64,000 nt of DNA from Fibrobacteria bacterium. GTDB taxonomy: Bacteria; Fibrobacterota; Fibrobacteria; UBA11236; JADFYW01. Numbering within the stretch: the first letter of the stretch is position 1; the number at the start of each line of letters is the position of its first letter. Made by a program: the position numbers and the translations under genes. This document shows positions 35,923-47,211 of the stretch, in pieces. Under the pieces are notes generated by a model. It had not been told where the DNA came from. It did no database searches and worked only from the letters and a program-made list of their open reading frames with translations. The stretch spans positions 64,001 to 128,000 of the forward strand of contig JBNKOC010000009.1 in assembly GCA_050294405.1 (NCBI GenBank), given 5' to 3'.

Positions 35923-37806
35923 CTAGCCATAGTACTTTTTTACAAAGTATTCGTTTTCAGGTTTAAGCCAGCCCATTCTTTTCAAAAAAAGGAAAATAAC
36001 CACCATTTTTACTACGAGCCAGGAACTGGATTTTTTTGTTTTCCACCTTCTTGGCGATACTAACACAGACTGGGGGCAAATACTGTAGTCCCCATTTGCT
36101 TTTAGGTTATAGCTTAGGTTAACATCTTCCATTAGCGGCATATTTTCTAATAACCGAAGTTCTTTCGCCTTTTTGGTTAGGATGTATTGTCCCTGATCCC
36201 CAAAGGCAATGCCTAAATATTTTGCTCTGATATTGTTTAGCATTTGAATGGCATTAAGTTTTCTTTTTAAGGCCTTGTCGAGACGATTACTGTCGAATTT
36301 CATTTCGTTCCATCCGCCTAATGCTTTCGGGTTTGAGTTAGAGGTTAATAAAATATTTTTAAAAAAATCGTCTGATATTTTGCAATCTGCGTGAAGAAAT
36401 ACGCAAATATCTTTTTGAGCTATTTCTAAACCGGTTTTGAGTTGATAGCCTCGGCCTTTTCGGGGGCTGTTTATAAATTTGCAAGGATGTTGTTGAGTTA
36501 AGGCCGAAGTGTTGTCAGTGCTGCCGGCATCAACAATAATTATTTCATGCTGGATGCCATTCAGGGAATGTTTTGCTTGGTTTAAAATGGATTCTATGTT
36601 TTTTTCTTCGTTTAAGGTAGGGATAACCAATGAAATACTGTTATATGTTTGTTTATTAGTTGGCTGCTTTTGCCTTTTGAAGACCAATAAACTATGTATG
36701 CAGCTAATGTAAAATAAAATCCAAATCGTAAAATTAAATACATGGTTTTCTTTCCAAATGCCGGAGTAGAAAAAATCGTAATTCATGGGCAATAGCCCCA
36801 AAGGCAAAATAAGACTGAGGAAAATGAAAGGCCGGGATGGGTTGAAAACCAAAAAAGGAAATATTAAGGATAGGTACCAAGGGTGTATGGTGGGTGAAAA
36901 AATTAAAAAGCTGGCAGCAATATATAGTCCTAATTTTTCTACTCTAGGTTCTGTTAACCATAGTACAAAGACCAAAGGAGTACATATTAATAATATGGCT
37001 AATTGGGTATAGCTTCCTAACAGGAAATTTAGTTTGGGATATAGAAAACTATTAAAGGAATGGTTTTGGGCAAAAACCCAGAAGCTCCCAAAGTTTCCCA
37101 GTTGCCCGGTGAACATAAAATAGGAAATGGGCACAAACAAAAATACAGGTAAAAAATAGAGGCTTTTTTTGTGAACCAGTAATGGTATAAACATAATGGG
37201 CAAAATCTTTATACCGCTGGCAATGGTTAACATTACTGCCGATAGAAAATATTTTTTTTTATTTAGACACAATATAAATACAGCTAAAAGTGGAACAATA
37301 AAAGCGTCCAAATGGAGTTCTCCGGAAAAATAAAGAAGCGGAAGTGGGTTCCAGCCATAAATCAGCAAATGTTTATAAGGTTTTTTATTTTGCTTTAACC
37401 ATAAGGACATTAATATTAATGCAAAAATTTCCGACATAAAAATGGCTATACGCAAGATGAAAGGAGATGGGTAATAGTTTGCCATGTTCTTTAACATGAG
37501 TAAGCTTAAGGGTGGATAAATCGCGGGTAATTCTGGATGATTTATTTTTGTCCATAGCTCATCTCTGGAGTTTTTTAGCAAAGTATGGTCGGGCGCCGTT
37601 TCATAAGGGTTAATATTTTGCTGCTGAATTTTTCCTTCCCAGGCGTAGCGGTAATAGTCATCACCTGGGGGATAGGTTAGGAATAAGAGCCTGATAAAGA
37701 GGGATGAAACCAAAACTATGGATAAATTATGTGGAGTTTTATTTTTAGAATAAAAAACAACATAGACCATGGAAAGGGATATGGCTAACATGGCCAGAGC
37801 CTGCAA
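35923..37806 (-). CDS. Fused glycosyltransferase: GT87/DUF2029-like membrane domain plus TIGR04283-like GT2 domain (start uncertain)
   Basis: DDYYRYAWEG, INHP..IYPP, WNPL, PTIHPWY; then VIPTLNEE, FLHAD, FGDQG, PLMEDV, SPRRW. Confidence 0.82.
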   Translation of the reverse strand: MQALAMLAISLSMVYVVFYSKNKTPHNLSIVLVSSLFIRLLFLTYPPGDDYYRYAWEGKIQQQNINPYETAPDHTLLKNSRDELWTKINHPELPAIYPPLSLLMLKNMANYYPSPFILRIAIFMSEIFALILMSLWLKQNKKPYKHLLIYGWNPLPLLYFSGELHLDAFIVPLLAVFILCLNKKKYFLSAVMLTIASGIKILPIMFIPLLVHKKSLYFLPVFLFVPISYFMFTGQLGNFGSFWVFAQNHSFNSFLYPKLNFLLGSYTQLAILLICTPLVFVLWLTEPRVEKLGLYIAASFLIFSPTIHPWYLSLIFPFLVFNPSRPFIFLSLILPLGLLPMNYDFFYSGIWKENHVFNFTIWILFYISCIHSLLVFKRQKQPTNKQTYNSISLVIPTLNEEKNIESILNQAKHSLNGIQHEIIIVDAGSTDNTSALTQQHPCKFINSPRKGRGYQLKTGLEIAQKDICVFLHADCKISDDFFKNILLTSNSNPKALGGWNEMKFDSNRLDKALKRKLNAIQMLNNIRAKYLGIAFGDQGQYILTKKAKELRLLENMPLMEDVNLSYNLKANGDYSICPQSVLVSPRRWKTKKSSSWLVVKMVVIFLFLKRMGWLKPENEYFVKKYYG

Positions 37807-37873
37807 CCAGGGGTGTTTTCCCAGCGGTCCGGAAATAGAAAGTGTTATACATCCGGCAAGAACTGGGATTAAG

Positions 37874-38491
37874 CTAAAAATCTGGATTCCTTTTTAAAAA
37901 AGTCTGATAATCCTCTACCGTATCCACATCCCACCATTTGGGCAAAATGTATGCGGGCTTATTAAGTTTTTCGCATATATCCAGGGTTTCTTTGAAGACA
38001 GTATTTTCCCCCCAGGAGATATTTTCAAAAATTTCAGGAATGGGGTGTCCCAATCCAATTAAATAATACCCGCCATCATGGCTTGGACCTATGCATATAT
38101 CGTGAGTTTTAAAGCTGGCAAATGCATTGTTTATATATTCCAAAGGCAAATCCGGACTATCTCCTCCAAGTATAACCAGTTTAGCATTTGATGTTTTAAA
38201 TTGAGAGTTTATTGCGTTGGATAGCCTTTGGCCTAAATTTCCCCCAATCTGGGGGTGGAAATGAGTTCTGTTTGAAAATACTTCTTTGAGCCAAAGTGGG
38301 TTCTGGGTTTCAGAATAGTAAACATGAACTTCATAATTATGGTTCAAATTCTTTTTGGAAAGATACAATATGAATTTTTTATAAATTTCTGTGGCCTTCT
38401 CCATTCCAAGTACGGCGCCCAAACGGGTTTTTACCTTACCAACCACGGGCTCCTTTAAAAATAACAGCAGCTTATTAGTGCTGGCGTCCAT
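37874..38491 (-). CDS. TIGR04282/DUF2064 family transferase
   Basis: KEPVVGKVKTRL, QIGGNLGQRL, GGDSPDL, GPSHDGGYYLIG, DVDTVED. Confidence 0.9.
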   Translation of the reverse strand: MDASTNKLLLFLKEPVVGKVKTRLGAVLGMEKATEIYKKFILYLSKKNLNHNYEVHVYYSETQNPLWLKEVFSNRTHFHPQIGGNLGQRLSNAINSQFKTSNAKLVILGGDSPDLPLEYINNAFASFKTHDICIGPSHDGGYYLIGLGHPIPEIFENISWGENTVFKETLDICEKLNKPAYILPKWWDVDTVEDYQTFLKRNPDF

Positions 38492-38498
38492 GATAGTT

Positions 38499-40253
38499 TT
38501 ACAAGCGTCTGGGAACGCGAATTTGCTCCACCAAATCCTGAATATGTTTTGGAGGGGCGGGAGTAAATCTGGATACTATGACGGCTGTAATAATATTCAA
38601 AATCATTCCTACAAAACCTATTCCCTCAGGGCTAATATTAAAAAGCCAGTTTTCCGATGTATTTGCTGCGGGGTTAACCCACTTAAAATAAACTATATAC
38701 ACCGTTGTAAAAACTAAACCCACCAACATACCTGTAACAGCTCCTTCTTTATTCATCCTTTTAGTGAATATCCCCATAATTATAACCGGGAAAAAAGAAG
38801 AAGCGGCAAGACCGAAAGCAAAGGCCACCACCTGTGCTACAAAACCAGGTGGATTAATTCCAAAGTACCCCGCGATAACAACGGCCACAGCTGCCGCCAG
38901 TCGGGCGGCCAAAAGCTCCTGGCGCTCATTGATTTTAGGGTAAACCACTTGCTTTAGCAAGTCGTGAGCAATGGAAGTGGATATTACCAATAACAATCCT
39001 GCAGCTGTGGATAAAGCTGCGGCCAGCCCGCCTGCAGCCACTAAAGCTATTACCCAGTTAGGCAATTGAGCAATTTCGGGGTTAGCCAATACCATAATAT
39101 CTTTGTCTACATACAATTCATTTGAGCCTTGGCTGGGACTATTGCTTAATTGCCTCTCTCCCCAGTTACCGCGGGCCTCTACAAAGGAAGGAGCTCCTTC
39201 AAAAGCCGGTCCCGGACCGTATTGAATTTTTCCATCTAGGTTTTTATCCATCCAGGCGATAAGTCCGGTTTTTTCCCAATTTTTAAACCAAGCGGGAGCT
39301 GTGGCATATTCGGCATTGGCAATGGTATGGAGCAAATTTGTTCTGGCAAAGGCAGCCACCGCAGGTGCCGTGGTGTAAAGGATAGCAATAAAAAGCAAAG
39401 CCCAACCCGCCGATATTCTAGCCTGGGCTACTTTTGGCAAGGTGAAAAACCGGATAATAACATGAGGAAGGCCTGCGGTGCCAAACATAAGGGCTCCGGT
39501 AATGCAAAATACATCCCAAATATTTTTACTGCCATTTGTATAGGCAGAAAACCCCAAATCGCTGCTTAATCCATCCAGTTTATCCAGCATATACATCCCG
39601 GAGCCATCATTAAGTTGGGCTCCAAATCCCAATTGAGGCAAAACATGACCAGTAAGCTGTATGGAAATAAATATGGCGGGCACTAAATACGCAAATATAA
39701 GCACGCAATATTGGGCCACTTGGGTGTAGGTAATGCCCTTCATTCCTCCGAGAACTGCATAAAAGAAAACAATGGCCATCCCAATTAAAACGCCCGTATT
39801 AATGTCCACTTCCAGAAAGCGGCTGAAAACAACTCCCACTCCTCTCATTTGGCCAGCTACATAAGTAAAGGAAACAAATATGGCGCAAAACAGGGCGATG
39901 ACTCTGGCGGGCTGGGAGTAATACCTTTCTCCCACAAAATCGGGAACGGTATATTTTCCAAATTTTCGTAAATAGGGGGCAAGGAGCAAAGCCAATAACA
40001 CATATCCACCGGTCCAGCCCATAAGGTAAACAGAACCATCTCTCCCCATAAAAGAAATTAACCCAGCCATGGAAATAAAAGAGGCTGCGGACATCCAATC
40101 TGCAGCGGTAGCCATTCCATTTGCCAGTGGGGAAACTCCACCTCCTGCGATATAAAAATCTTTGGTGCTTTTGGCTTTAGACCAAAAGGCAATTCCAATG
40201 TATAGAAGAAAAGAAAGTCCTACGAGTAAATATGTCCAGCTCTGAATACTCAT
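38499..40253 (-). CDS. Sodium:solute symporter (ActP/VC_2705-like)
   Basis: NGMATAADWMSAASFISMAG, GTAGLPHVIIRFFT, AAALSTAAGLL. Confidence 0.93.
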   Translation of the reverse strand: MSIQSWTYLLVGLSFLLYIGIAFWSKAKSTKDFYIAGGGVSPLANGMATAADWMSAASFISMAGLISFMGRDGSVYLMGWTGGYVLLALLLAPYLRKFGKYTVPDFVGERYYSQPARVIALFCAIFVSFTYVAGQMRGVGVVFSRFLEVDINTGVLIGMAIVFFYAVLGGMKGITYTQVAQYCVLIFAYLVPAIFISIQLTGHVLPQLGFGAQLNDGSGMYMLDKLDGLSSDLGFSAYTNGSKNIWDVFCITGALMFGTAGLPHVIIRFFTLPKVAQARISAGWALLFIAILYTTAPAVAAFARTNLLHTIANAEYATAPAWFKNWEKTGLIAWMDKNLDGKIQYGPGPAFEGAPSFVEARGNWGERQLSNSPSQGSNELYVDKDIMVLANPEIAQLPNWVIALVAAGGLAAALSTAAGLLLVISTSIAHDLLKQVVYPKINERQELLAARLAAAVAVVIAGYFGINPPGFVAQVVAFAFGLAASSFFPVIIMGIFTKRMNKEGAVTGMLVGLVFTTVYIVYFKWVNPAANTSENWLFNISPEGIGFVGMILNIITAVIVSRFTPAPPKHIQDLVEQIRVPRRL

Positions 40254-40267
40254 TGTAAACTGCTTGC

Positions 40268-40531
40268 CTATTTTTCTTCCTGCATATCGTGTTCTTTATC
40301 CAGTTTTTTCATCCAGTAGGCGTAAAAAAAGATGAGCCCAACAAAAATGTAAATAGAACCTTGTTGGGCAAACCAAAATCCCAGTTTGAATCCGCCCCAT
40401 TTGAAATTATCCAACCAATCCACAAACAAAATTCCGCAGCCAAAAGAGGCGAAAAACCAAATGGTTAATAAAATCCATAAAATTTGGAGGTTTTTTTTCC
40501 AATAGCGTTTTTGTTTATCATTTAGAGACAT
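40268..40531 (-). CDS. DUF4212 symporter small subunit
   Basis: YWKKNL..GFKLGFWFAQQGSI. Confidence 0.9.
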   Translation of the reverse strand: MSLNDKQKRYWKKNLQILWILLTIWFFASFGCGILFVDWLDNFKWGGFKLGFWFAQQGSIYIFVGLIFFYAYWMKKLDKEHDMQEEK

Positions 40532-40646
40532 AGCTTCCTCTTTAGTTTGGCTCTTTTTGGAAAAATTTCTCTGTAAAAGCGATTAAGGTAGGAAAATTTT
40601 CTGAGACGAGCTGAAAACTTTGACAATTTGTTAAATTGCATCCCGA

Positions 40647-41834
40647 ATGGATAAGCCTTTAAACCAAGAATACGATTTTGCCATTATCGGAGCTGGCCCA
40701 GCGGGGCTTATTGCTGCCCGATACCTTGGACGAGAGGCTAAAGGCAGATCCGTGGCACTTTTGGATAGAAGGGATCCCTGGCAGGAGCCTGTGGCTTGCG
40801 CCGAAGCCGTGCACAAAAAGCAGTTTTTAGAAGTTGTAGAAAAGGCTCCATCCCAATGGGTCCGGGAAAATGTGGATGGAGTGATATTTGTTTCGCCTGA
40901 TGGAACAAAAGTTCAATGCAACCAACCAGCAAGTGGTTATTTAATCGATAGAGCCTTGATGCACAAAGAATTGGCAGAAGACTGTGTGGCGACGGGAGTG
41001 GACTGTAATTTTCGCACCCGAGTGAGCGATGTAAGTCCTTTTAAAGATGGCTATAGAACTTTAAAGTACGATGGCCATAAAAAAGGAAGTATTAGGGCTA
41101 AGGTGATTATTGATGGCAGCGGACCTGGACCTGGGTTTTGCAAAGATGAAAATATTGTTCAGGGGGATTTCGATTTGGAACCTGCCATTTTTGCCCTGGT
41201 AAAAGGCGCGGAATTTCCTGTAAATTTTATTCAGCTTTATTTTGGTAAAAATTTTGCGCCTGGAGGTTATGCCTGGCTTTTTCCCAGAGATGAAGAAGTG
41301 GCCAATGTGGGCTTGGTTATTGGCAAAGAATATGTTCGCCAGTATCCTCCCAGAAAAGCCTTAATGGAATTTTTGGAAAAACATTTTAAAGGGGCGGAAA
41401 TTGGAGCAATTAAGGGTGGCGGAATTTCCTGTGGCCACGATCCCCGTCCATTTGCCAGCAATAAATTGTTTAAGGTGGGAGATTCTGCTAATATGGTAAA
41501 CCCTATTTCCCGCTCTGGAATTGTGGAAGCCATGTATGGAGGCAAATTAGCCGCTATGGCGGCTCTGCAAATTGTAGATGAAGAAAATCTGGAAAACTGC
41601 GAAGCTGCATACTTGGATTACAAAAAGCAGTGGGAAGAAAAATATGGCAAAAACAATCTTCGCATCCACAAGGCAAAACCTGGTTTTGATTCCATTAGTG
41701 ATTCGAATCTCAACAGGGCAGCCCACAACCTGGCAAAGGTGCCTGTGGAAAAACGGACCATGAGCAAGATTTTTTTTAAAACTCTCTTAAGCAATCCTAT
41801 AATTTTGTGGAAAATGAGGGGTTTTTTTCTCTAA
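40647..41834 (+). CDS. Geranylgeranyl reductase family FAD oxidoreductase
   Basis: GAGPAG, PVACAEAV, APGGYAWLFP, ANVGL, VGDSA..NP.S.SGI. Confidence 0.88.
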   Translation: MDKPLNQEYDFAIIGAGPAGLIAARYLGREAKGRSVALLDRRDPWQEPVACAEAVHKKQFLEVVEKAPSQWVRENVDGVIFVSPDGTKVQCNQPASGYLIDRALMHKELAEDCVATGVDCNFRTRVSDVSPFKDGYRTLKYDGHKKGSIRAKVIIDGSGPGPGFCKDENIVQGDFDLEPAIFALVKGAEFPVNFIQLYFGKNFAPGGYAWLFPRDEEVANVGLVIGKEYVRQYPPRKALMEFLEKHFKGAEIGAIKGGGISCGHDPRPFASNKLFKVGDSANMVNPISRSGIVEAMYGGKLAAMAALQIVDEENLENCEAAYLDYKKQWEEKYGKNNLRIHKAKPGFDSISDSNLNRAAHNLAKVPVEKRTMSKIFFKTLLSNPIILWKMRGFFL

Positions 41835-41943
41835 GGGAACCATCTCCTTAAAAATTCAAAAAATATCTTGAATTGATCCTTTCCTCCTTAATAAAATGAC
41901 AATTGGCGCATGCGCCGTACAAATTTTAAAGGAGTAACCTCGC

Positions 41944-42309
41944 ATGAAAATTCTATTGGTGGACGATTCCAGCACCATGAGGCGCATTCAGAAAAATACT
42001 TTGGCTAAAATTGGATACACAGAAGTGGATGAGGCCGAAGATGGGGAAGAGGCCTTTAAAAAAATCTCGCAAACTGCTTATGAAGTGGTTTTAATGGATT
42101 GGAATATGCCGATTATGAATGGATTAGATTGCCTGAAAAAGGTAAAAGGCAATGATGCCACTAAAAATGTTCCGGTCATTATGGTAACTTCTGAATCTGA
42201 AAAAAGCCGGATTATAGAAGCCATTCAAGCGGGCGCGGCCAATTATGTGGTGAAACCTTTCCAGCCGGATACACTGAAAGAAAAAATTCTTGCGGTAGTG
42301 CCTGGATAG
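41944..42309 (+). CDS. cheY: Chemotaxis response regulator
   Basis: VDDSSTMRRI, DWNMP, MVTSE, YVVKPF. Confidence 0.88.
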   Translation: MKILLVDDSSTMRRIQKNTLAKIGYTEVDEAEDGEEAFKKISQTAYEVVLMDWNMPIMNGLDCLKKVKGNDATKNVPVIMVTSESEKSRIIEAIQAGAANYVVKPFQPDTLKEKILAVVPG

Positions 42310-42346
42310 GCTTCTAAGCAACAATTAAATATCTGCAAATAATAAT

Positions 42347-42370
42347 TAGCCTTTAGCCAAAGGCTTTTTT
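42347..42370 (+). terminator. Probable terminator after cheY
   Basis: AGCCTTT-agcc-AAAGGCT followed by a T-run. Confidence 0.5.
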
Positions 42371-42383
42371 ATTTATTAGTAAC

Positions 42384-42977
42384 ATGGAAAATCTATCTAT
42401 TCATATAAAAAACTCCTTTGATGTAGCCCTTTCAACCTTGTCCAATTTTATTTCTGAAACAAAAAATGTGGAAGAGCTTAAAAAAATGGCGGGAACTTTA
42501 GCCAACTGTTTTAAAAATGGCGGGATGGTGCTCAGTTGTGGCAATGGCGGTTCAGCTTGTGATGCTTTGCATTTTGCCGAAGAGTTTACAGGTCAATTTC
42601 GAGAGTCCCGCAAACCCCTTCCTGCACTTTCCCTCACAGAAGCGGCTCATGTGACTTGTGTTGCCAATGATTTTGGCTTTGATGAAATTTTCAGTAGGGG
42701 TGTTCAGGCTTATGGGAAAAAAGGGGATGTATTAATAGCCTTAAGCACAAGTGGGAATTCCAAAAATGTAATTCGTGCCGTGGAAGAAGCCGAAAAATTA
42801 GGGTTATTCGTTTTTTTATTTTTGGGAAAAGACGGAGGAAAGTTAAAAAACAATTCCCATCCCAAACTCATTGTTCCTGGCAATACTTCAGATAGAATTC
42901 AGGAAATTCACATGATGTGTTTGCATATTTTAATCGAAATTACAGAGAGAATTCTTTTCCCGGAAAACTACCAGTAA
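42384..42977 (+). CDS. gmhA: D-sedoheptulose-7-phosphate isomerase
   Basis: CGNGGSACDALHFAEE, ANDFG, LSTSGNS, DRIQEIH. Confidence 0.93.
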   Translation: MENLSIHIKNSFDVALSTLSNFISETKNVEELKKMAGTLANCFKNGGMVLSCGNGGSACDALHFAEEFTGQFRESRKPLPALSLTEAAHVTCVANDFGFDEIFSRGVQAYGKKGDVLIALSTSGNSKNVIRAVEEAEKLGLFVFLFLGKDGGKLKNNSHPKLIVPGNTSDRIQEIHMMCLHILIEITERILFPENYQ

Positions 42978-42978
42978 T

Positions 42979-43653
42979 TTATGTCCCAGTTTTTTCGGGG
43001 GGGCGTTTTTCATCCTGCTCCACAATTTTTGGATCAAAACTTTCTTCTTCATTATTCCAGCGATGTATGTGTCTGGCAATAATCCCCCCTCGGGACTGCC
43101 ATTTAGATAATAGATAGTACACCAAAAAATAATGTAGGGGAGCAAATATCAATGTGAATATGGTGCTTCCTACAAATATATACTTAACATGGGGCATGGT
43201 ATTTGTAAAAAAACCATGAGCTTTAGGCAGATCCATTCTTCGGGAAATGGATTCCGCATTTTCCAGAGATTTTTGGAATTTGGCAAACTCAGGTAAATGC
43301 ACGGCCTCGCTAACTATTTTGCCTATTTTGTATTCCAGAGGATAAATAATGGGCATGGTTAGAGGGTTTGTTATCCAGCAGGCGATTAAGGCTGCGGGCA
43401 AATTGATTTTAAAGAAAAAGGCGATGCTTCCAGCCATTAACATTTGCAGGGGGAAAGTAGGCGTAAATGCTATAATTGTACCCACAGCCACTCCGGCGGC
43501 CACACTCTTTGGATCCAGTACCCAAAGCCTTTTGTCGAAAAGCCTGTCTCCCACAATTTTATGGAGAATTCCTCCATGTAAATGGCGTTTTTTAGGAAGC
43601 CGTTTAAGCAATTGCTTTAGCAAATAAAGTCTTTTGCGGCCTTTTCTTTTCAT
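42979..43653 (-). CDS. DUF2062 membrane protein
   Basis: SVAAGVAVG, NLPAA..WITNPLT. Confidence 0.85.
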   Translation of the reverse strand: MKRKGRKRLYLLKQLLKRLPKKRHLHGGILHKIVGDRLFDKRLWVLDPKSVAAGVAVGTIIAFTPTFPLQMLMAGSIAFFFKINLPAALIACWITNPLTMPIIYPLEYKIGKIVSEAVHLPEFAKFQKSLENAESISRRMDLPKAHGFFTNTMPHVKYIFVGSTIFTLIFAPLHYFLVYYLLSKWQSRGGIIARHIHRWNNEEESFDPKIVEQDEKRPPEKTGT

Positions 43654-43667
43654 AACTTAAACGCTTT

Positions 43668-44654
43668 TTATTGAATTCGTAAATGGTAATTCCCATTATA
43701 ATCTAATTCAATTGTAACTGTGGAGTTCTTTAATTCTTTTTTGAAAATAGGGATACTCTCCCATTGAGTTCCCTGTTGTTTAAATTTTTTTAAGTACTCT
43801 TCAGCTTTAATAATTCCAACTTTCGCCTTTTGGATTTGGGGACCATTCCAATTAAACAATTCAGGTATGGCTTCGGCGAATTTAAAAATAGCTGTTTGGC
43901 CTTCACTTTCCGAAAGACCCTCCAAGTCTCTGGAGTATTCCCGATACTCCCCTTTAGTTAAGCTTTTCAGGGTAGCTTCGATTTCCTGAATAGAGTTGTT
44001 TTCTACCAGTTTTGCATATATGGGAATTTCATTGCTATGTAGTTTTAACTCAATCTGTGAGGAAAGAATGGATTTGAAACATCGGCTTTCCTTTCCATCG
44101 CCGCAATCAATTTCCAACCAAGTTCCAGATTTTTTAAGCTTTCCATATATATCCGAGTTAAGGGAAAAGGGCCCTTCTGGTTCCTTCTCTTTAACGGGCG
44201 ATTTTTCCATAAAGCAAATCCAGAACTTGTCGTTTTGGAGCCCAGAGGCCATCCAACCAGTTTCATTGTTGAACCCCTGCAATTGCCAGTGTTGCTCAAT
44301 ACCCGGATGAAGCGAAGCATACTTTTTTTTGTCCTCATAGTTTAAGCTCATCTCATGCCAGGTACCACCTTGGCCGTATTTTTTGGCTAACTGGGAAATC
44401 TCGTGGTCCGTAAAGCTTTTGGCCTGAATGTATTTATGAAAATAAGGCTTATTATTTTTAAGCTGTACTTCTAGTTGTTCCTTATTTTTACTGCTTTCAC
44501 GAGTAAAATGGGTAATATCTCCCTCTTTATAGCTTTTACCAGGATATTCTGCCTTTAAATTTTCTAAAGAGGGAAACTGCAGGCTGTAGCCGGGGGAAAT
44601 GCCCATCCATAAAAAGGCTGCAAGTACAGCCTTACTCAATTTCGCTGGGGTCAT
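43668..44654 (-). CDS. Exported hypothetical protein
   Basis: Signal-like [18 protein letters not shown]; overlaps the gyrA stop. Confidence 0.6.
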   Translation of the reverse strand: MTPAKLSKAVLAAFLWMGISPGYSLQFPSLENLKAEYPGKSYKEGDITHFTRESSKNKEQLEVQLKNNKPYFHKYIQAKSFTDHEISQLAKKYGQGGTWHEMSLNYEDKKKYASLHPGIEQHWQLQGFNNETGWMASGLQNDKFWICFMEKSPVKEKEPEGPFSLNSDIYGKLKKSGTWLEIDCGDGKESRCFKSILSSQIELKLHSNEIPIYAKLVENNSIQEIEATLKSLTKGEYREYSRDLEGLSESEGQTAIFKFAEAIPELFNWNGPQIQKAKVGIIKAEEYLKKFKQQGTQWESIPIFKKELKNSTVTIELDYNGNYHLRIQ

Positions 44655-47196
44655 TTCCTTCTGCATCATTATTATTTTCTGAATTATCAGTGATTTCATC
44701 AATGGGGGATTCGACTAAAGGCTCGGAAGCCAAGGCTTTTGCTCCTTCTTCTAATTCTTCTTCACTATCCATAACTTCCACATCACTCACGGAATCACCG
44801 CCTCCTACCCGGATGGCCCTCACTCCCTGAGTAGCTCTTCCCAACACGCTGATGGAATCTACACGAAGTTTAATAAGGACACCGTTTTTGGTGAGAATCA
44901 TCAATTCCTGTTTGTTGTTCACAGCCGAGATAGCTACAGCAGGACCATTCTTATCGGTAATTTTTATGTTTTTAACTCCTTTGCCGCCGCGCCCCGTCAA
45001 ACGGTATTCAGATGGGTCGGTACATTTGGCAAAACCTTTTTCGGTCACAGTCAGGATTTTTTGAGAGCCGTCAATAACAACCATGCCGATTACTAAGTCG
45101 TCCTCACCCAGGCTAATTCCTTTTACTCCCCGGGTTCCCCGGCCAGTTTGACGGAATTGGCTCATTTCAAAGCGAATGGCCTGGCCCATGCGGGTTCCAA
45201 TCATAACATCCTGGGAGTTGGTGGCTAAAACTACATTGATAAGCTTATCCTGTTCATCCAGGTTAATGGCGTTAATTCCAGAGCTTCTGGGCCGGCTGAA
45301 ATCCGACAAAGCCATTTTGTTGATAATTCCATTTTGGGTGGCAAGCACCAAAAAATGCTCACTGTCAAAATTTTTAACAGGAACAAAGGCAGTGACTTTT
45401 TCATCCTGGCTGAGCTGGGCTAAATTAACCAGCGCCTTGCCCTTGGAGGTTCTGGAACCTTCGGGGATTTCAAATACCCGCAGCCAATAACATCGGCCCC
45501 TATTTGTGAAAATCAAAACATAGCTATGGGCCCAGCCTACAAATAAATGCTCAATGTAATCTTCGGTTTTAAATGTGGCTGCGGTGATTCCCTTGCCGCC
45601 TCGACCCTGCGCGCGGTAGCTGTCCGCAGGGATGCGTTTAATATAACCCTGATGAGAAATTGTAATGACCATGGGTTCATCGGCAATCAAGTCCAAATGT
45701 GTGACTTCTTCAGCCAAATCTTCAATGGCGGTTCTTCTGGGATCTCCATGTTTTTTCTCAATGGCACGCAGCTCATCTGAAATAATGTTCATACGCCTTT
45801 CTTCATTGGCCAGAATATCAGCAAGGTCTTTTATTTTTTCTACCAATTCCAGGTATTCTTTTTCAATTTTTTCGATTTCCAAACCTGTTAAGGTTCTAAG
45901 GCGCATTTCCACAATGGCCTGGCTTTGTTTTTGGCTCAGTTGGTAGGTTTCTTCCAATTTGCGCTGAGCTTCAGCTGTGTCTGAGGAGTTGCGGATAATA
46001 GCAATTACATTATCGATATTTTCAATGGCGATTCTAAGGCCTTCTAAAATGTGGGCTCGCTCTTCAGCCTTTCTTTTTTCAAATTCCGTACGGCGCACAA
46101 CAATGACGTGACGGTGTTTAATGTATTCATCAATAAGCTGGCGCAAGGTTAGAACTTTGGGTTTACCATCTACAAGGGCCAGGTTGTTTATGGAATAGGT
46201 AACCTGAAGTTGCGTGTATTTGAATAATTTGTTTAGAATTATCTCGGGAATGGCTTCTTTTTTAAGTTCCATTACTATGCGCATCCCAAAGCGGTCGGAT
46301 TCGTCGCGCAAATCGGAAATGCCTTCAATGGTTTTAGCGCGTATGAGCTGAGCCATTTTTTCCAATAACATGGATTTGTTAACCTGGTAGGGAATTTCAG
46401 TGACAATCAAGCGGTGTTTGCCATTGGCCATTTCCTCAGATTCAATTTTGCCGCGCAATTGAACACGGCCTTTGCCTTTCAGGTAGGCCAATTGAATTCC
46501 GGTTCTGCCATAAATAATCCCCCCAGTGGGAAAATCAGGGCCCGAAACAATTTTTAACAATTCTTCATCGGGCATTTGCGGGTTTTGGATGACCGCAATG
46601 ATGGCATTGGTAATTTCCGTGAGATTATGGGGAGCTAAATTTGTAGCCATTCCCACGGCAATGCCCGTTGTGCCGTTTACCAGCAAATTGGGAAAAGCAG
46701 AAGGCAATACGGAAGGCTCTGTCATGCTATCGTCATAGTTGGGAACGAAGTCCACAGTTTCTTTTTCCAAATCCTCAAGCATGAGGGCGGAAAAATGATC
46801 CATGCGCGCTTCGGTGTAACGCATAGCCGCCGGAGAATCTCCGTCAATGCTTCCGAAGTTTCCCTGGCCTTCCACCAGGCAATAGCGCATTGAAAAGCTT
46901 TGAGCCATGCGCACCAGAGTGTGGTACACAGCTGTATCTCCATGGGGATGGTATTTACCAATAACATCACCCACAATTCTGGCGGATTTCTTAAAGGGCT
47001 TACCTGGATTTAAGCTCAAATTCTCCATGCCGTACAAAACACGCCTGTGAACAGGTTTTAATCCATCTCGTACATCAGGCAATGCTCTGGATACGATAAC
47101 GGACATGGCGTAAGTCACATAGGACTTCTTCATTTCATCCACAATTGGAGTTTGAATCACATTGTGGGGTTTTTTAATTTCTTCCTGCTCAGACAT
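44632..47196 (-). CDS. gyrA: DNA gyrase subunit A
   Basis: [29 protein letters not shown]; GyrA-box QGRGGKG. Confidence 0.97.
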   Translation of the reverse strand: MSEQEEIKKPHNVIQTPIVDEMKKSYVTYAMSVIVSRALPDVRDGLKPVHRRVLYGMENLSLNPGKPFKKSARIVGDVIGKYHPHGDTAVYHTLVRMAQSFSMRYCLVEGQGNFGSIDGDSPAAMRYTEARMDHFSALMLEDLEKETVDFVPNYDDSMTEPSVLPSAFPNLLVNGTTGIAVGMATNLAPHNLTEITNAIIAVIQNPQMPDEELLKIVSGPDFPTGGIIYGRTGIQLAYLKGKGRVQLRGKIESEEMANGKHRLIVTEIPYQVNKSMLLEKMAQLIRAKTIEGISDLRDESDRFGMRIVMELKKEAIPEIILNKLFKYTQLQVTYSINNLALVDGKPKVLTLRQLIDEYIKHRHVIVVRRTEFEKRKAEERAHILEGLRIAIENIDNVIAIIRNSSDTAEAQRKLEETYQLSQKQSQAIVEMRLRTLTGLEIEKIEKEYLELVEKIKDLADILANEERRMNIISDELRAIEKKHGDPRRTAIEDLAEEVTHLDLIADEPMVITISHQGYIKRIPADSYRAQGRGGKGITAATFKTEDYIEHLFVGWAHSYVLIFTNRGRCYWLRVFEIPEGSRTSKGKALVNLAQLSQDEKVTAFVPVKNFDSEHFLVLATQNGIINKMALSDFSRPRSSGINAINLDEQDKLINVVLATNSQDVMIGTRMGQAIRFEMSQFRQTGRGTRGVKGISLGEDDLVIGMVVIDGSQKILTVTEKGFAKCTDPSEYRLTGRGGKGVKNIKITDKNGPAVAISAVNNKQELMILTKNGVLIKLRVDSISVLGRATQGVRAIRVGGGDSVSDVEVMDSEEELEEGAKALASEPLVESPIDEITDNSENNNDAEGNDPSEIE

Positions 47197-47211
47197 AGAT
47201 TTTATTCGCTG

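Noticed and set aside
41905..41916. Palindrome GGCGCATGCGCC before cheY as a sigma-54 site
   Set aside because: No TTGC -12 element at the required spacing
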